Shown here piece after piece: positions 38,475 through 51,491 of a stretch of 64,000 bases of DNA. Made by a program: the position numbers and the translations under genes. The notes under the pieces were generated by a model. It was not told where the DNA came from. It did not search any database and was given only the letters and a program-made list of their open reading frames with translations. The stretch is from positions 372,001 to 436,000 of the forward strand of contig JALDZX010000004.1 in NCBI GenBank assembly GCA_022813865.1, written 5' to 3'. The stretch is from Xylographa opegraphella. Lineage: Eukaryota. How positions within the stretch are numbered: the stretch's first letter is position 1; every line of letters starts with the position of its first letter.

Positions 38475-41146
38475 ATGGGTATCCAGAAGAAGGTATGACA
38501 AAAACATCCAGTACTTCCCTGGTGCATGTCAGCTTACTTCACTCTAGCACGGAAAGGGTCGACTTGACAAGTGGTATAAGCTTGCGAAAGAGAAAGGATA
38601 TCGAGCGCGGGCGGCCTTCAAGCTCATTCAGCTGAATAGGAAGTATGGTTTCCTTGAGAAGAGTAAGGTCTTGCTGGACTTGTGTGCTGCTCCAGGGGTA
38701 AGTTTATACTCGAACCAGTATTGGAACATTCTCGCTGACACAATTCAAGTCATGGTGCCAAGTTGCTGCCGAAACCATGCCTGCGAACAGTTTGATCGTG
38801 GGCGTTGACCTGGCACCTATCAAACCAATTCCTAGGACGATTACATTTCAAAGCGACATTACCACTGACAAATGCCGAGCCACAATAAGAAGCCATCTCA
38901 AGACATGGAAGGCTGATACAGTCCTACACGATGGTGCCCCAAACGTCGGGACTGCGTGGGTACAGGATGCATTTTCTCAAGCCGAGCTAGTTCTACAATC
39001 AATGAAGCTTGCTACGGAGTTCCTGATAGAAGGAGGCACATTTGTGACGAAGGTTTTCAGGTCTAAGGACTACAATGCTCTGCTATGGGTTTTCAACCAG
39101 CTCTTTGATAAAGTCGAAGCGACAAAGCCTCCATCATCTAGAAACGTTTCGGCCGAAATTTTTGTTGTCTGTCGAGGATTCAAGGCGCCCAAACGTATAG
39201 ATCCAAGATTTTTGGATCCTAGATCTGTATTCGCGGAACTGGCAGACCCCACTCCGAATAATGAGGCGAAGGTATTCAATCCCGAGAAGAAGAAGCGCAA
39301 GAGGGATGGTTATGAGGAGGGCGATTACATTCAGTTCAAAGAAGCTCCTGCTAGTGACTTTATCCAAACTACAGACCCCATCGCTATGCTCGGATCTTTA
39401 AACAAGTTGTCATTTGAGCACATGAAGAACGGTGATATTGCTCTTGCTGCGCTCGATAAACTACCAGAAACGACGAAGGAAGTCAGGGATTGTTGTGCGG
39501 ATCTCCGAGTACTTGGCCGGAAAGAGTTTCGCATCCTTCTGAAATGGCGACTCAAGGTCCGAGAAATATTCGGTTTCTCAGCCAAGAAAACTGCTGTGGC
39601 AGAGGTGGAGGCGGATGAAGTCGCAGAAGTCACTTCCATGGATGAAGAGTTACGAATCCAGGAAGAGCTACAGACTTTGAATGACAAGGAATCGTCGCGT
39701 AAAAAGAAAGAGAGGCGACGTGAGAACGAGAAAAAACAACGAGAAATTATTCGAATGCAAATGCACATGTTGCCACCAACCGAAATTGGTCTGGAACAAG
39801 CCGGACCAAATGGCGAGGATTCGATGTTTGCACTCTCAGCTGTGGATAAAGCTGGTGCGATTGAACGAGTTTCTCGTGGGCGAATGGCGATCAATACAGA
39901 GCCAAGGAATTATGACAACTATGATGAATATTCTGAGTCGGAAGAAACCAGCGACGCAGAAGAAGATTATCTCGATAGAGAACTGGATGCGCTGTATGAA
40001 CAATATCAAGATAAAAAATCTGAATCTGACGCAAAGTATCGAGCCAAGAAGGCGCGCAAAGACCACGGGGATGGTGAATGGACAGGGCTTTCGGATCAAG
40101 AAGCCAGTAACTCGGACGATCTCCAAGAAGAAGAAAAAGAAGAGTCTGAGGCTTCTTCTGAAGACGAAGAGGTCGCGTATCCAAAATCTCTCATTCTTCA
40201 GGCCGACAATCCAGAAGTTAGGGAGGGTGGCCTTACCAAGCGAGCTTCGATTTTCTTCGATCAGGATATTTTCCGAGATATTGGCGATATTGGCGACATC
40301 GGAGCAGAGAGCAGTGATGGAAGTGGCGTTAATACGAAAGTAGATTCATTAGCTTCAAACGAGATAGAAGGTGGTCACACAAAGACCAAATCCACCAGAA
40401 ATGCTGAGAAAGCTTTACCAATTCGTGGCTCGAAAATGGAGCCCGATCACAACCACGCGGACCCTGATGAACATGAGGAAGTAGAAGATTACAATTCAGA
40501 GGAAGGAAGCCAGTCTGGATTCGAGGTTGTTAAAGATGGACGAATGAGCGAATGGGACAAGCAAGCTGAATCACGCCAGGATGGTCGATTAGACATCGAC
40601 ATCATCACAGCCGAGGCTATGACCCTTGCACAACAAGTGGCTTCTGGCCAGAAATCCACGTACAATCTTATTGACGACGGCTTCAACAAGTTTGCGTTTC
40701 AGGATCGAGATGGTCTTCCGGAGTGGTTTTTGGACGACGAGCATAAGCACAGTAAACCTAACAGACCAATATCGGCCGCTGGGGCAGCTGCAATCAAGGA
40801 AAAACTTCGGGTTCTTAATGCTCGGCCCATCAAAAAGGTCCGAGAAGCCAAAGATAGGAAGAAGTTTAAGGCGGCCCAACGACTAGAAAAACTGCGCAAA
40901 AAGTCGGCTCTCCTTGCAGATGAGGAGGGGACAACGGAAAAGGATAAGGCTCAAAACATCGCAAAACTGATGACTAAAGCAGCAAAGAAGAAACCCAAGC
41001 AGCAAGTCAAGGTTGTTGTAGCTAGAGGTGGGAATCGTGGTATACCGGGGCGTCCTAGGGGAGTGAAAGGCAAATACAAGATCGTGGATGCTAGACTTAA
41101 GAAGGATGTTCGGGCTGAGAAGAGACTGGCCAAGAAGAAACGCTGA
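38475..41146 (+). CDS. SPB1: 27S pre-rRNA 2'-O-methyltransferase Spb1 (FtsJ family), 3 exons
   Basis: [81 protein letters not shown]-terminal [12 protein letters not shown]...[13 protein letters not shown]. Confidence 0.97.
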
Positions 41147-41205
41147 TCAAATAGGCTCAGCAACAAATACGATAGTGGCCTTGTGGGCTTCTATCAAGAC
41201 TATGA

Positions 41206-42528
41206 TTACGGTCTCTGTTCGTCCTTTTGAGCTACCGCGAGAGCCACAGCGCGGATGAATGCGCTGGATGAATAGAGAAAGCCCCCGAAATCCATGTCGT
41301 ACCTTTCCGAAGCAACATCAGTACTGTGGCCGATTAAAGCGGTCAACCTTAGACTTACCAGTAGTTAACTGCGCAACATATTCCTTCATCACCACATGTC
41401 TGAGAGACTGTGTGGTACCTGCACGAGACTTCAGCGTTAGCTTCTAAAAACTATTGAAAGAAGTATCAGGCAGACCACAGAGCTGGTAAGTACAGCATAT
41501 CGCCGGGTCCTAAAGTGACTCGTATTGGTCTGCAGTGGTGGATCTCTTGCATATCTTGCTCGATCCGATTTACATCCAAGGTCGCACATGGCACTGGCAC
41601 GCTATCTTTATCTGGCGTGATCACAAGTTGCTCTTGTCTTACTTCTGGCAAAGAATCGGGAGTTTCAGAATTGCCCTTGGATCCCGAGGACTTGTTAGGT
41701 CAGTTCAAGAAGACTACAGTCTACCATCCATTTGAAGGACATTTACCATATATGTCGCAGAAGGCAGACACTGTTCGTCGATATGACCCGTTTCCACGGG
41801 TGAAACGAGCGTGAAGTGCTTTTGTCCAATTACCTGACAATAGATGTTTTCATAGTTGTCTCTATGTAACGCGGTCACACTACGGGAGTTGCCAATCCAG
41901 AGATTGATCGCATCCGGCTGCTGCTCAAGTGCAATACGTGCACAGGATATGTCCTGTTCCACATCCTCGAACAGCTCGGAATACTCTCCGCGTAGATTAT
42001 CATTTTCTGGGTATTGATCAGCAAGGCGCCCGCCGTTGTAGCTGCACCCGCCGGCCTACATACGTGTTTGTGCATACATGACATTTGATGTAACGTCTCC
42101 GTCCCGCTCTTGCCTTCGCACCTCGGCCAGAAAATCCGCGAATGGCTCTTCCACCTCGTAGGGTTTTACGAAATACCTCACACCATCCGGTGCCGTGACA
42201 ACGGCATCTGCATTACTGGCACCGGTCAGGGTCCCCGAGCGAGGCTCCTAGTCTCATCCCAGACTAACCCATGAGGAGTAATTGCCACGTTTACGTTCCT
42301 GTCCTTCATCTTGTCAACGAGGTAGCGGCAATCCCATCGTTGCACTGCGGCCCATCCCGAGGCGCCTTTCCGCACAACGAACGGTCTGTTTCGCGCGACA
42401 TAGCGCATGAACTCCAGGGCGCTGGGCTCTTCGTCCAGTTCATCGACGTGCGCACCATTCAGCTCGTGGTACGTCGTGACTAGGTCTTGAAGGGCATTCT
42501 GGACTGCAAGCACGGAAGATGCGGCCAT
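41206..42528 (-). CDS. JmjC (cupin_8) protein, JMJD7-like, multi-exon
   Basis: PSALEFMRYVARNRPFVVR; VAITPHGNADA; PDAINLWIGNSRSVTALHRDNYENIY (HxD); LGPGDMLYLPALW|YH; AVNYW|YDMDF; spliced end ...QKDEQRP*. Confidence 0.88.
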
Positions 42529-44173
42529 TTTGGCAGCGGGCTCTAATGGGGCTCCCGAGTTATCCTATCCATGCCGGTACGATTAGGATTGGGCCAAGTT
42601 CATAACCGGGTAAGCGTTGTTGTAGAGTCTAAAAATGCCCCCTGAACTCTCGACTACATTTACAATGAGATTCGAATTCTATTGTTATTTCACCATCGTG
42701 GATTCCCCAATATATCGTGTTCCCATTGCAGTACCTTTCTCTCACATTTTAGTTTCCCTGGCCGCTGGCGCTCGATTATCCGAGCTACTCTATCTAGCGA
42801 CGTTTTCTTGAGTAAGGTATCTACATACCTGTCACCGTCCACAGTGCACACATCACGCTTACCGCCGGAAAAACCCTTGCAACCGCTGGCAAGATCACTG
42901 TAGCATATGTGCGTCATGATTTTCTTCTTGCAACGCTGCGGGCCGGTGGGCCGGGTCCGACCAAGTGTTTCAGAACATGCTGTGACTACTCTTGAGGGGC
43001 GGCAATATCGGACACGAACCTGCTTGGACATGGCCCCCCAGTGGAGACTTACTGGGCAAGACAGAGCTCTCTTTATGAAGTAGAAGTCTGCGGTTCCTTG
43101 GTGACCTTGAATTGGTCTGGCAAGAGTTTATCATTTCAGCTACTAGTTCTTGGTGGCACCTCACCACCCCGCTCTTCCCCTCTTTTGCATTCCAGTCTAC
43201 CTAGGTTCTGCCAGCGCATCGCGCAAGTTTCTGGCACTTTCAAGCTTGAAACGAGATATCGCTGAATTCAAAAGTGAACTATCAATCTTGCAGATCCAGC
43301 AAATATGGCAGCACTGTTCAACTGCTTCTTCAGCTCAGCCCCAAAGTTAACCTACTTGGTGCCGACAGTGGTGCTCTGCGCCATGGTCGCACTAGTAACA
43401 TTGATACTGCTGCGGCCGGCGACAATAGGATCCGGGGTATTGGGACCCGTGAAAGGTTGGTACTCTTGAGTAAGATTGAAAGAATACAAGGCTAACGATG
43501 GGCAGGAACGTTCGCGACGGCTTGGCAGGCATTGGTCTATGGTGGTACTGTTGCGGCTGGTACGCCGTTCGCGTATATGCAAAGGCGGGGAACTCGCTAC
43601 AGGTAGAGCAGAGATGGAGGCGTAGGAACATTGCTGGTTATGCCCTATGAGAGCTGGATATAGGCCGTGGTGGAGATGTTATGCTTGGAGAACTGAGATA
43701 GCAAGATAGGTTGAGAGGGAGCTTTTGCACCTGCACCTTTGTGGTAGGCTATTTCTCTGCAGGACAGTATAAGGTACTGGGTTAAGGTACTGTATAGGTA
43801 TACAACCTAGAGCAAAACAAGACTAGGGTATAGAGCCGGAGCCATGTCATTGCCAAGCGGGCCAAGCTTCACGGGCGCTAAGACGGCCCGAGCCGACCCC
43901 TGAGCCGGGGCTCAAGCCTCGCTGAAACGCTCCGCGTCAAAGCGAAAGACGCGCCTTCCGAGCGTCATTTATTCGGACTCCCTCGGCCGAGAACTTACCT
44001 AGCTTGTCTTACTCATAAGCATGTTTACGGAACGCCGGATCCCTTGGTTGCTTTTATTTGTGACGTACGCTCTTCATTGTGAATACTCATCTCGGTTTTC
44101 TCATCTTCATGATAAGCAATGAGCCATGAACACAGCTTCAATACTATCACTGCGGAATCCTTGAATCGCTAGC

Positions 44174-47100
44174 ATGGCCAACGAGGACCATCTAGCGTAC
44201 GGAGACCTTGCCGAAGGCGACGAAAGTAAAGGCGCGTCTGGAAGTGCATCCGCAAAGACCTCGACGAAACCGGGTGGCAAGTTTTCCTCGTTCTTGGGCA
44301 AAGTGCAGCAGACCGCGCACGAGCTCGGGTCCGAGCTTGCCAATGTATTCTCTAGAGGTGAAGACCACAGTCACATCCATGTCGGTGCCAACTGCGCCGA
44401 TGGTATGCACAAGTCTATCCATAGATTCGATAGCTTTGCAGGAGAAAGAGACTCCAACGACGTCAAATGGTATGTCGACGGCTGCGGTTACATGTGGGCC
44501 GTTTCTATTGCTCTTGAGCAGGCGAAAGAATCAATATGGATCTTAGATTGTAAGGAAGGCATGCCTAATATTCATTAGATGCTGCTGAGTCCGTCCATAG
44601 GGTGGCTGACCCCAGAACTTTACCTGCGTCGACCCCCAGACAAAAACAGACAGTATCGTCTTGATCGGATGCTTCAAGCAGCAGCTCAGAGAGGGGTAAA
44701 GGTAAATGTCATCGTATACAAGGAAGTCTCTCAGGCCCTTACCCGTAAGTATCTGTCTCCAATCTTGCCTGGCTATCTGCATTCGCTCCTCCCACGAGGT
44801 ACAGATTTGGTGACATCGGCTATGAGCCGGCTCGGGATTGCTGCGACTTTTGCGTCTCTTGAGTATGCGGAAGCTCAAAACCCGCTGATTTCTCCGCCTC
44901 TCATAGTCGACTCGGCCCACACCAAGCAAGCATTGGAAGCTCTGCATCCGAACATCAGTGTCTTCCGTCATCCCGATCACCTTCCAGATGCCCAAACACT
45001 AGAATCTTCTTTTCTTTCCTCCCTGAAAAACCTCTCCTTGTCTGCCGCAACCATGTCAAAGCTGCCCGAGGATGCACTCAAGGCAGTTTATGGCATGAAT
45101 GAAGATGTGGTATTGTATTGGGCACATCATGAGAAGCTTTGCCTCATTGATGGAAAAATTGCATTCTTGGGAGGCCTAGATCTATGCTACGGACGTTGGG
45201 ACACCAATCAGCACTCTATTGTTGATGTTCATCCTGAAAATTTGGAAGATATTATCTGGCCTGGTCAGGTAAGCCCGATGCAACTCAGCTGCTCGTCATA
45301 TACTGTTTGAGTACTTATATTGTTGAATTCTAGGACTATAACAATGCTCGGATAAGTGATTTCACAGATGTCGCCGATGCTGCTTGGAAAAATAATAGCT
45401 TAAATCGAACGGAGAGCTCAAGAATGGGATGGTCCGATATCTCGATCGGCTTACGAGGCCCGGCTGTCGAAGATCTCAAAGCACACTTTGTAGAGCGATG
45501 GAACTTCATATACAAAGAGAAATACGATGTGGGAGGAGACTCCAGGTATTCCGCAATTGCTGTCCAGCAGAGTACACACGGCTTGATGACACACATGAAG
45601 TCTGGACTTCACAACCTCGAAGCTCACGCAAAGCATTTGCGGGCTTCTGGAAGCTCTTCATCAACCAATGCTATTGGAGCCATGAACGATCGGGTAACCG
45701 ATCGAACACAAGAAGCCGAAGCCGAAGCCGAAGCCGCACCTTTTGGTGAAACCACTGCGTCAGGATCACATGCTGGGGCTGCATGTCAAGTTGTGCGCAG
45801 CTGCACTAATTGGAGCCATGGTGTTGACACCGAGCATTCAGTTGCCAATGCTTATATCAGTATCATCCGTGACAGTCAGCATTTTATTTATATTGAAAAC
45901 CAATTCTTTATAACAGCCACAACGTCATCGCAAAAGCCTGTCCTCAACAAGCTCGGTGCTGCTATTTTGGAACGAATACTACGTGCTGCAAAAGCCGGAG
46001 AAAAGTATATGATTATTGTGATTATTCCAGCCGTCCCGGGCTTTGCCGGGGATCTTAAAGACGAGTCTAGCCTCGGTACCAGGTTAGTCGACGACTTCTC
46101 AGATAAGAGAAGCAGTACAATCTGACAGTATTGAATACAGAGCTATCATGGATTTCCAGTACAAAGCAATCAACCGTGGCGGCCACAGTATTATTGAATC
46201 GATTGAGGCGGCGGGATATCGTGCAAATGACTTTATTCGATTTTACAATCTCCGCAATTACGACAGGATCAACGTAAGTGCATCGATGCGGAAAGCTGAG
46301 AATGCCAGCGGCGTCAAGTACGAAGATGCTCGACGCGAACACGATGATATTATGGATCCTGTAGGTTATCGTGCGCAAGATGGGGATTTACATCCAGAAG
46401 AAGGAATAACCGGGCATCCGTACCAAAAGTATCAACAGGTATCTGACGGCTTGGCTCCTTCGCGAGGACTTGCTAGCGGTCGCTGGGACAGCGTAAGCGA
46501 GTGTTATATGCTCGGAGGATTAGATATTCGTCAAGTCCCGTGGGAGAATGGAGATTATTCGGAGATGGATGCTTTCGTCAGTGAGGAGCTCTATATTCAT
46601 TCGAAGGTTCTCATTGCAGACGACCGCATGGTCATTTGCGGATCAGCTAATTTGAACGATCGTTCTCAACTTGGTGATCACGACTCTGAAATTGCGCTCG
46701 TTATTCAGGACTCAGAATCTGTGGATTCCATGATGAACGGACAACCATGGCGAGCAACCAAATTCGCAGCAACCCTAAGACGACAGCTCTTCCGCAAACA
46801 TGTTGGACTTCTTGCACCACAAAACATGAAACAACCTGATCACAACTTTGAGACGATAGCAGTACCCAATGTGTACGACTTCGGCACAAAGGAAGACAAA
46901 GCTGTAATGGATCCTCTCTCAGACCAGTTCCTGGAGTTATGGAATGGCACTGCGAAACAAAACTCCGAGGCTTTCGGGCGTATATTTCATCCTGTACCCC
47001 ATGACAGCGTGCGAACTTGGGAGCAGTACGATTCTTTTTACGAGCGCTTCTTTCATAACGCGGACGATGAAGCTACAGATAAGGATGGAAATAAGACGCC

Positions 47101-47293
47101 CGCCAAATACAGGTGGGGTCATGTTATTGCAGACAATTTTTCTCCTGGCGAGCAAGGGCTCAAAGAAATGAAAGACTTGCTGAGCACGATCAAAGGAACG
47201 CTGGTGGAAATGCCGTTGAATTTCTTGATCGAAGAGGACATCGCAAGGCAGGGGCTATTGCTGAACGCGTTCACTGAGCCTATCTATACCTGA
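44174..47293 (+). CDS. Phospholipase D lacking PX/PH domains (fungal PldA-type), multi-exon
   Basis: KWYVDGCGY; WILD|WWLTPELYLRRPP; two HKD motifs, WAHHEKLCLIDGKIAFLGGLD and YIHSKVLIADDRMVICGSANLNDRS; HFIYIENQFFI. Introns 44550-44600 and 44745-44906, plus two more. Confidence 0.95.
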
Positions 47294-49263
47294 TCATCTA
47301 TGACTAGGAGCTTTGAGCATATTTGCCGGCTGAGTATAACCTCAAGCTATCCGTGCTTTCGTCTCGATGGTCGTTATGAAGGCGAGTCTTGCTGCTTCAA
47401 AGCGTGCTCAAGAAAAAGTTAAGCCCCTGAATCATTCTGCTATCTTTCAGTAGCAAGTGTTATCAATAGTGCTTTATGTCATATCTCGCCTGCATGGAGG
47501 TTTTCTGCCATTGGTAGTTTTAAGACCGTAGAATGTACCCTAATTTTGAGTGCATGGCTCACCTGTGAATCCATCAATTTCTTTTCCGTTTCTTGACTAT
47601 TACCAGCTATCTGATTTCTGCGAGCTTTCTACGATTTGCGAGGACAGAGGATCACGTCATCATTGTTATGCTGGACTTGTAAACGGTGGGGTGAAAACTC
47701 TTCTACCCGATACACAGCTGGAATCAATAGCTGTTCTCCTCTCTGACAAAGGTGCGGGCATGTTGACCTGTGCCGTGTGTTCATCGAGCTCTACATATTA
47801 ATGCCGAGAGGGCCGACCGATACGAACTTTGGAGTAAGATGTTGCAGCTACGGAGAACTATTTAATAGATAGGCTAGACTCAATAACGATTACGGCTGGA
47901 TTGTTATGGCTCGATAGGTTCACAGAACGAGCTAAGGAACTTCGAGATCGATCTGAATAGCTCTCTTGACAAAGTCTTGAGCGCAGCGTAAGGTTATTCA
48001 TATACCGCGGTGACTGACCGTATTACCGTTCTGATATGCCGCCAGGTATCAACTCACTCGTGGAAACAGGAACGGTAATGTTCCTCGGTCTTTGAGTGTG
48101 CTTTGTGGACATGAAAGTTCTTCCTGCACTAGCCGAAACCAGTCTTTTATTGGAGGCTTTCACACCATATGTTCGCTTCAACAATTTCATTCCGCTCTTT
48201 TAACAATGCTTCTCTGCTGCTCTTTGAGACAGGGTAGATCCGCACTCTGCCGCTTCGATCAACAATGGCTGGAGGCTTTCCACTGAAACGTGGGCAGAGA
48301 ACATTACCGTGCGCACCAGTTGTGACACTTGGTTACCTGCGTGAACAGCTTTGTGGTTTTCAAGGTAGCACCCTTCGGGGCCGGCAACCCGGTTTCTGTA
48401 CACTGGTTTCTGGGAACTCTGGCAGCTCTGAATGTTGCAAGAGATCCAGCACAACAAATTTGCCGTTGGGTCCCAGAGGCATTCTTCGGTACAACGGAAT
48501 CATGCTGTCTGGGAGGATGCTGTTCGCTTATTTGAGAGCTGCAGGGACGGACGTATTAGTCCCCTTCTCACTGTCACGAAGATCAGCCATCTCCTTGATT
48601 CTCTTACACTACTTGGTGAGAAGAGGCGCTGTTTTCATTTAAGACGTTGGTGCCAAACTGCTCTTCAACGTGTACATGAACAGTGAGGGAGACGGTTCAA
48701 TAATTAGGCGGCCTCCCAGTCATTTGCATCGACAGAATCCGCATTGACAGCTTTCTCTGCCACATCAACACACTAGAGTGCACGTTTAATACAGTACAGG
48801 GTCGTGTGGACGGGCCGTCGATGAGACCTGTTGTAACCGTGAGGCACGATGGATTCGGTGATGACTTCGCGATCCATAGAGCTGAATTCACTGGTCCGGG
48901 AGCCTGAACTCGATTACTACTACCGACTCTACTGCTGCGCAGTTTGTTAGGACGCTATGTATGGGGATTGCTTGACCGGTAGTTGGATATATTGATGTTA
49001 AGAAGGTGGCCGCGGTTGACTTCAGTATTTAATATGAATGCAGGCCAATCTTTGTGGTTAGCTGCCTCCTGATACTCCAATACTGCTTGCTAATCTCGAT
49101 AAATGGAAATAGATCATGTTGGTGGTTGTATATACCAAATCGCCGTCGCAGGATTGTGTCAAATTGTTTCCATCAACTGCGACCCGATAGGGTAGATTGA
49201 TTGAAAATGTTACAAGAAACAACCGTTATGTTGGAAGCAGTATGCGTCCGCATTCGACGCAAG

Positions 49264-49289
49264 ACAATACTAACAAGAGACAATACTAA
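49264..49289 (+). repeat. Tandem ACAATACTAA pair, 16-bp period (candidate cis-element)
   Basis: acaatactaa at 49264 and 49280. Confidence 0.6.
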
Positions 49290-50013
49290 GGGTTTCGCTT
49301 AAATGGCTTTCGACGAAAGAAGACTAGCTCTTACAGCCACAACGTTCAGCCTTGAGTTGCATTGGCAATTTGGCTGCCTATCAATTCCACGAACACGAGC
49401 TGATCTAGGCTACCGCCAAGCTGTTAAGATTGTGCTGTTTGTCAAACGACCTGTCTTGCCGTTTACGGTGGTGGACTTCGATATATGTAGAGCAATTTCG
49501 CCAAACTTGCTTCTCGAAGTTGAAAAAGTTCCTCGTTCCTACATATCGAGTTCCTCAATGCAGTGGCCGAGGTGAATCTCTCCGCTGTTGGTTATTCCCA
49601 TCCTAGGAGCCTTAGTGCATGAAACTATGTCAAGTTGATTTGCCGTGAATTATGCTGGGTGGGTCCGTGGAGAGTCGGCTGCCTCTTACGTGTGACGGTC
49701 CCGGTTCATGCAGTGTGAATATCTTTGTATGACTCCTCGGCGCAAGCTCGATATGTTGCTCCGACGGGATAATTTTCATTGGCCCTGGGACTTGATCGAA
49801 TAGTGAATGAGTGTCTCATTCATCCGCTTTTGTATACCTTGAACTGTACCCTTTCACCCAAGCATATTCCGCTGATATCATTGACCACGAGCGGAGCCTC
49901 TTGGGCGTGACCAGAAATAGCGTTTCATTCACGTCTCCAGGACTTGGTCCACGACTTCCTCATCCTTCATCCACAACTCTCGAAAAGTCATTCAAATTCT
50001 TTCATCACCGAGA

Positions 50014-50042
50014 ACAATATTAAGCAAGTACAATATTAAGCA
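50014..50042 (+). repeat. Tandem ACAATATTAAGCA pair, 16-bp period (candidate cis-element)
   Basis: acaatattaagca at 50014 and 50030, about 280-300 nt upstream of the pheromone-like ATG. Confidence 0.6.
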
Positions 50043-50318
50043 TCACAGCCTTCTTCAGCTCTACCTCTACGACAAAGGAAACCGCATACAGAGTCGAAAA
50101 GCCACCTTATCACGCTCTTCAAATCACCAAGCCGAAGCTAAGCGTGTAAGTAGCCATAAATATCAGCTTCTTGCCAGACTCTTCTCTTCCTTCATCCACA
50201 TCTCACTCTTTCCATCCCAAAGTCGTACAGCACACTAGTAAAAGATACAACATCGTTCTATTGAGCATCGCGCTGACTCTACTAAGATCCTCAGACTTAC
50301 CATACGTCCGATTTCACG

Positions 50319-50516
50319 ATGCCTCCAGCTGCTACCAATGCCGCGCCCGCTGAGGTCGAGGTTCCCAAAGATAACCGAGGTAGGCCACTCCAAGCCACTC
50401 CAAGCACCTTGCTATATGATTGTTGAGCCCGTCTCATGCTTTTCACATCCTGAATCAGAGAATCATCAACTAATATGCTTCTAGGCAACCCATACTATGG
50501 TTGCGCTGTTATGTAA
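50319..50516 (+). CDS. Candidate a-factor-like (CAAX lipopeptide) mating pheromone precursor, 30 aa: MPPAATNAAPAEVEVPKDNRGNPYYGCAVM; exons 50319-50379 and 50485-50516
   Basis: ATG in a good context (ttcacgATG); GTAGGC donor at 50380, CTAAT branch at 50470, TAG acceptor at 50484. The spliced frame ends exactly in CAVM-stop; size and Pro/Ala/Thr-rich N-terminus match fungal a-class pheromone precursors. Confidence 0.8.
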
Positions 50517-51491
50517 TACAATGACACCAGCACAATATACCTTGGACATCCTCAATCCTCCACTTTCATACTACCCAGTCTCTTCAAATGACGGAATCAG
50601 CTTGGTCGATCGCGAGCTGGTGTAGCTTGTCACTTTCAAGGCTGAATTGCGATGAAACAGACCATAACTCTGGGATGGCGGATTAGTCCTGGGTCAACTT
50701 CCAGTTCACTTACTTGTATTTTTTCTGCTATTATAGCCGGCCCTTACTTCCGTCCAGTTGACTTGTCTTGCCAGGCTTCTGCCTAGGTGGGAAGGATCAT
50801 GGCATACCTGGGCATGGCTCTTGTTTCTTATCACTCCTCTCTTTCTCTTCTGCCTGCAATTTACGGAGATCTCCTGTTTTTATACTACTGACTTCCCAAG
50901 CGATGTCCCGAAGGTCTAGCTAGCCTAAGAGACAGATCTTAGCCGATCAATATCAAACGCTTGAAGAAACTTCTGACGGACATGTGACATGGTGAAATCT
51001 AGTGCCCTGTCAAAGCTGCGTAACCACACTGCATAAATAGTGCTTTGATAATCACGAAACATGTGAGCCGAGAAGAAAGACGCACGGATAAGCGGTCTAC
51101 CTGGTTGCGGGCATTGTAGTACTCCGTAGTTTCGCCAGAGGTGCTTAGAGTGGAGCCCTGCAGCATCGCTGCATAACTTGACTCGTCAAGAGCCTTCGAT
51201 ATATCTGAAACTGTTACTGTAAACTACGATCGAAAATACAGTTGTGATTTTGTATCAAGATTGACATGAAAAGGGGTCGGAGTGAGAATCATGACGCTAA
51301 TGTTTTTGAAGATGCCCAATTTCCAGCCGCACAACTTCAGCGTCAAGCCGCATATGTTGGCCGCCCAAATTTGCTGTCAAGCCGCTTGTTGCTTTAACAC
51401 TTCTCTGTGCCTGAGGTAAAGCTTGCGTTATGGCGATGATAATTGTTGTCTCTTTTGCTACAATCCTCGATCCTTCCTCAACATCCACAAT

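Noticed and set aside
47300..49200. Short ORFs or a transposon relic downstream of PLD
   Set aside because: No transposase or RT motifs, terminal repeats or obvious RIP-like AT enrichment were recognisable; the ORFs are short and do not join.
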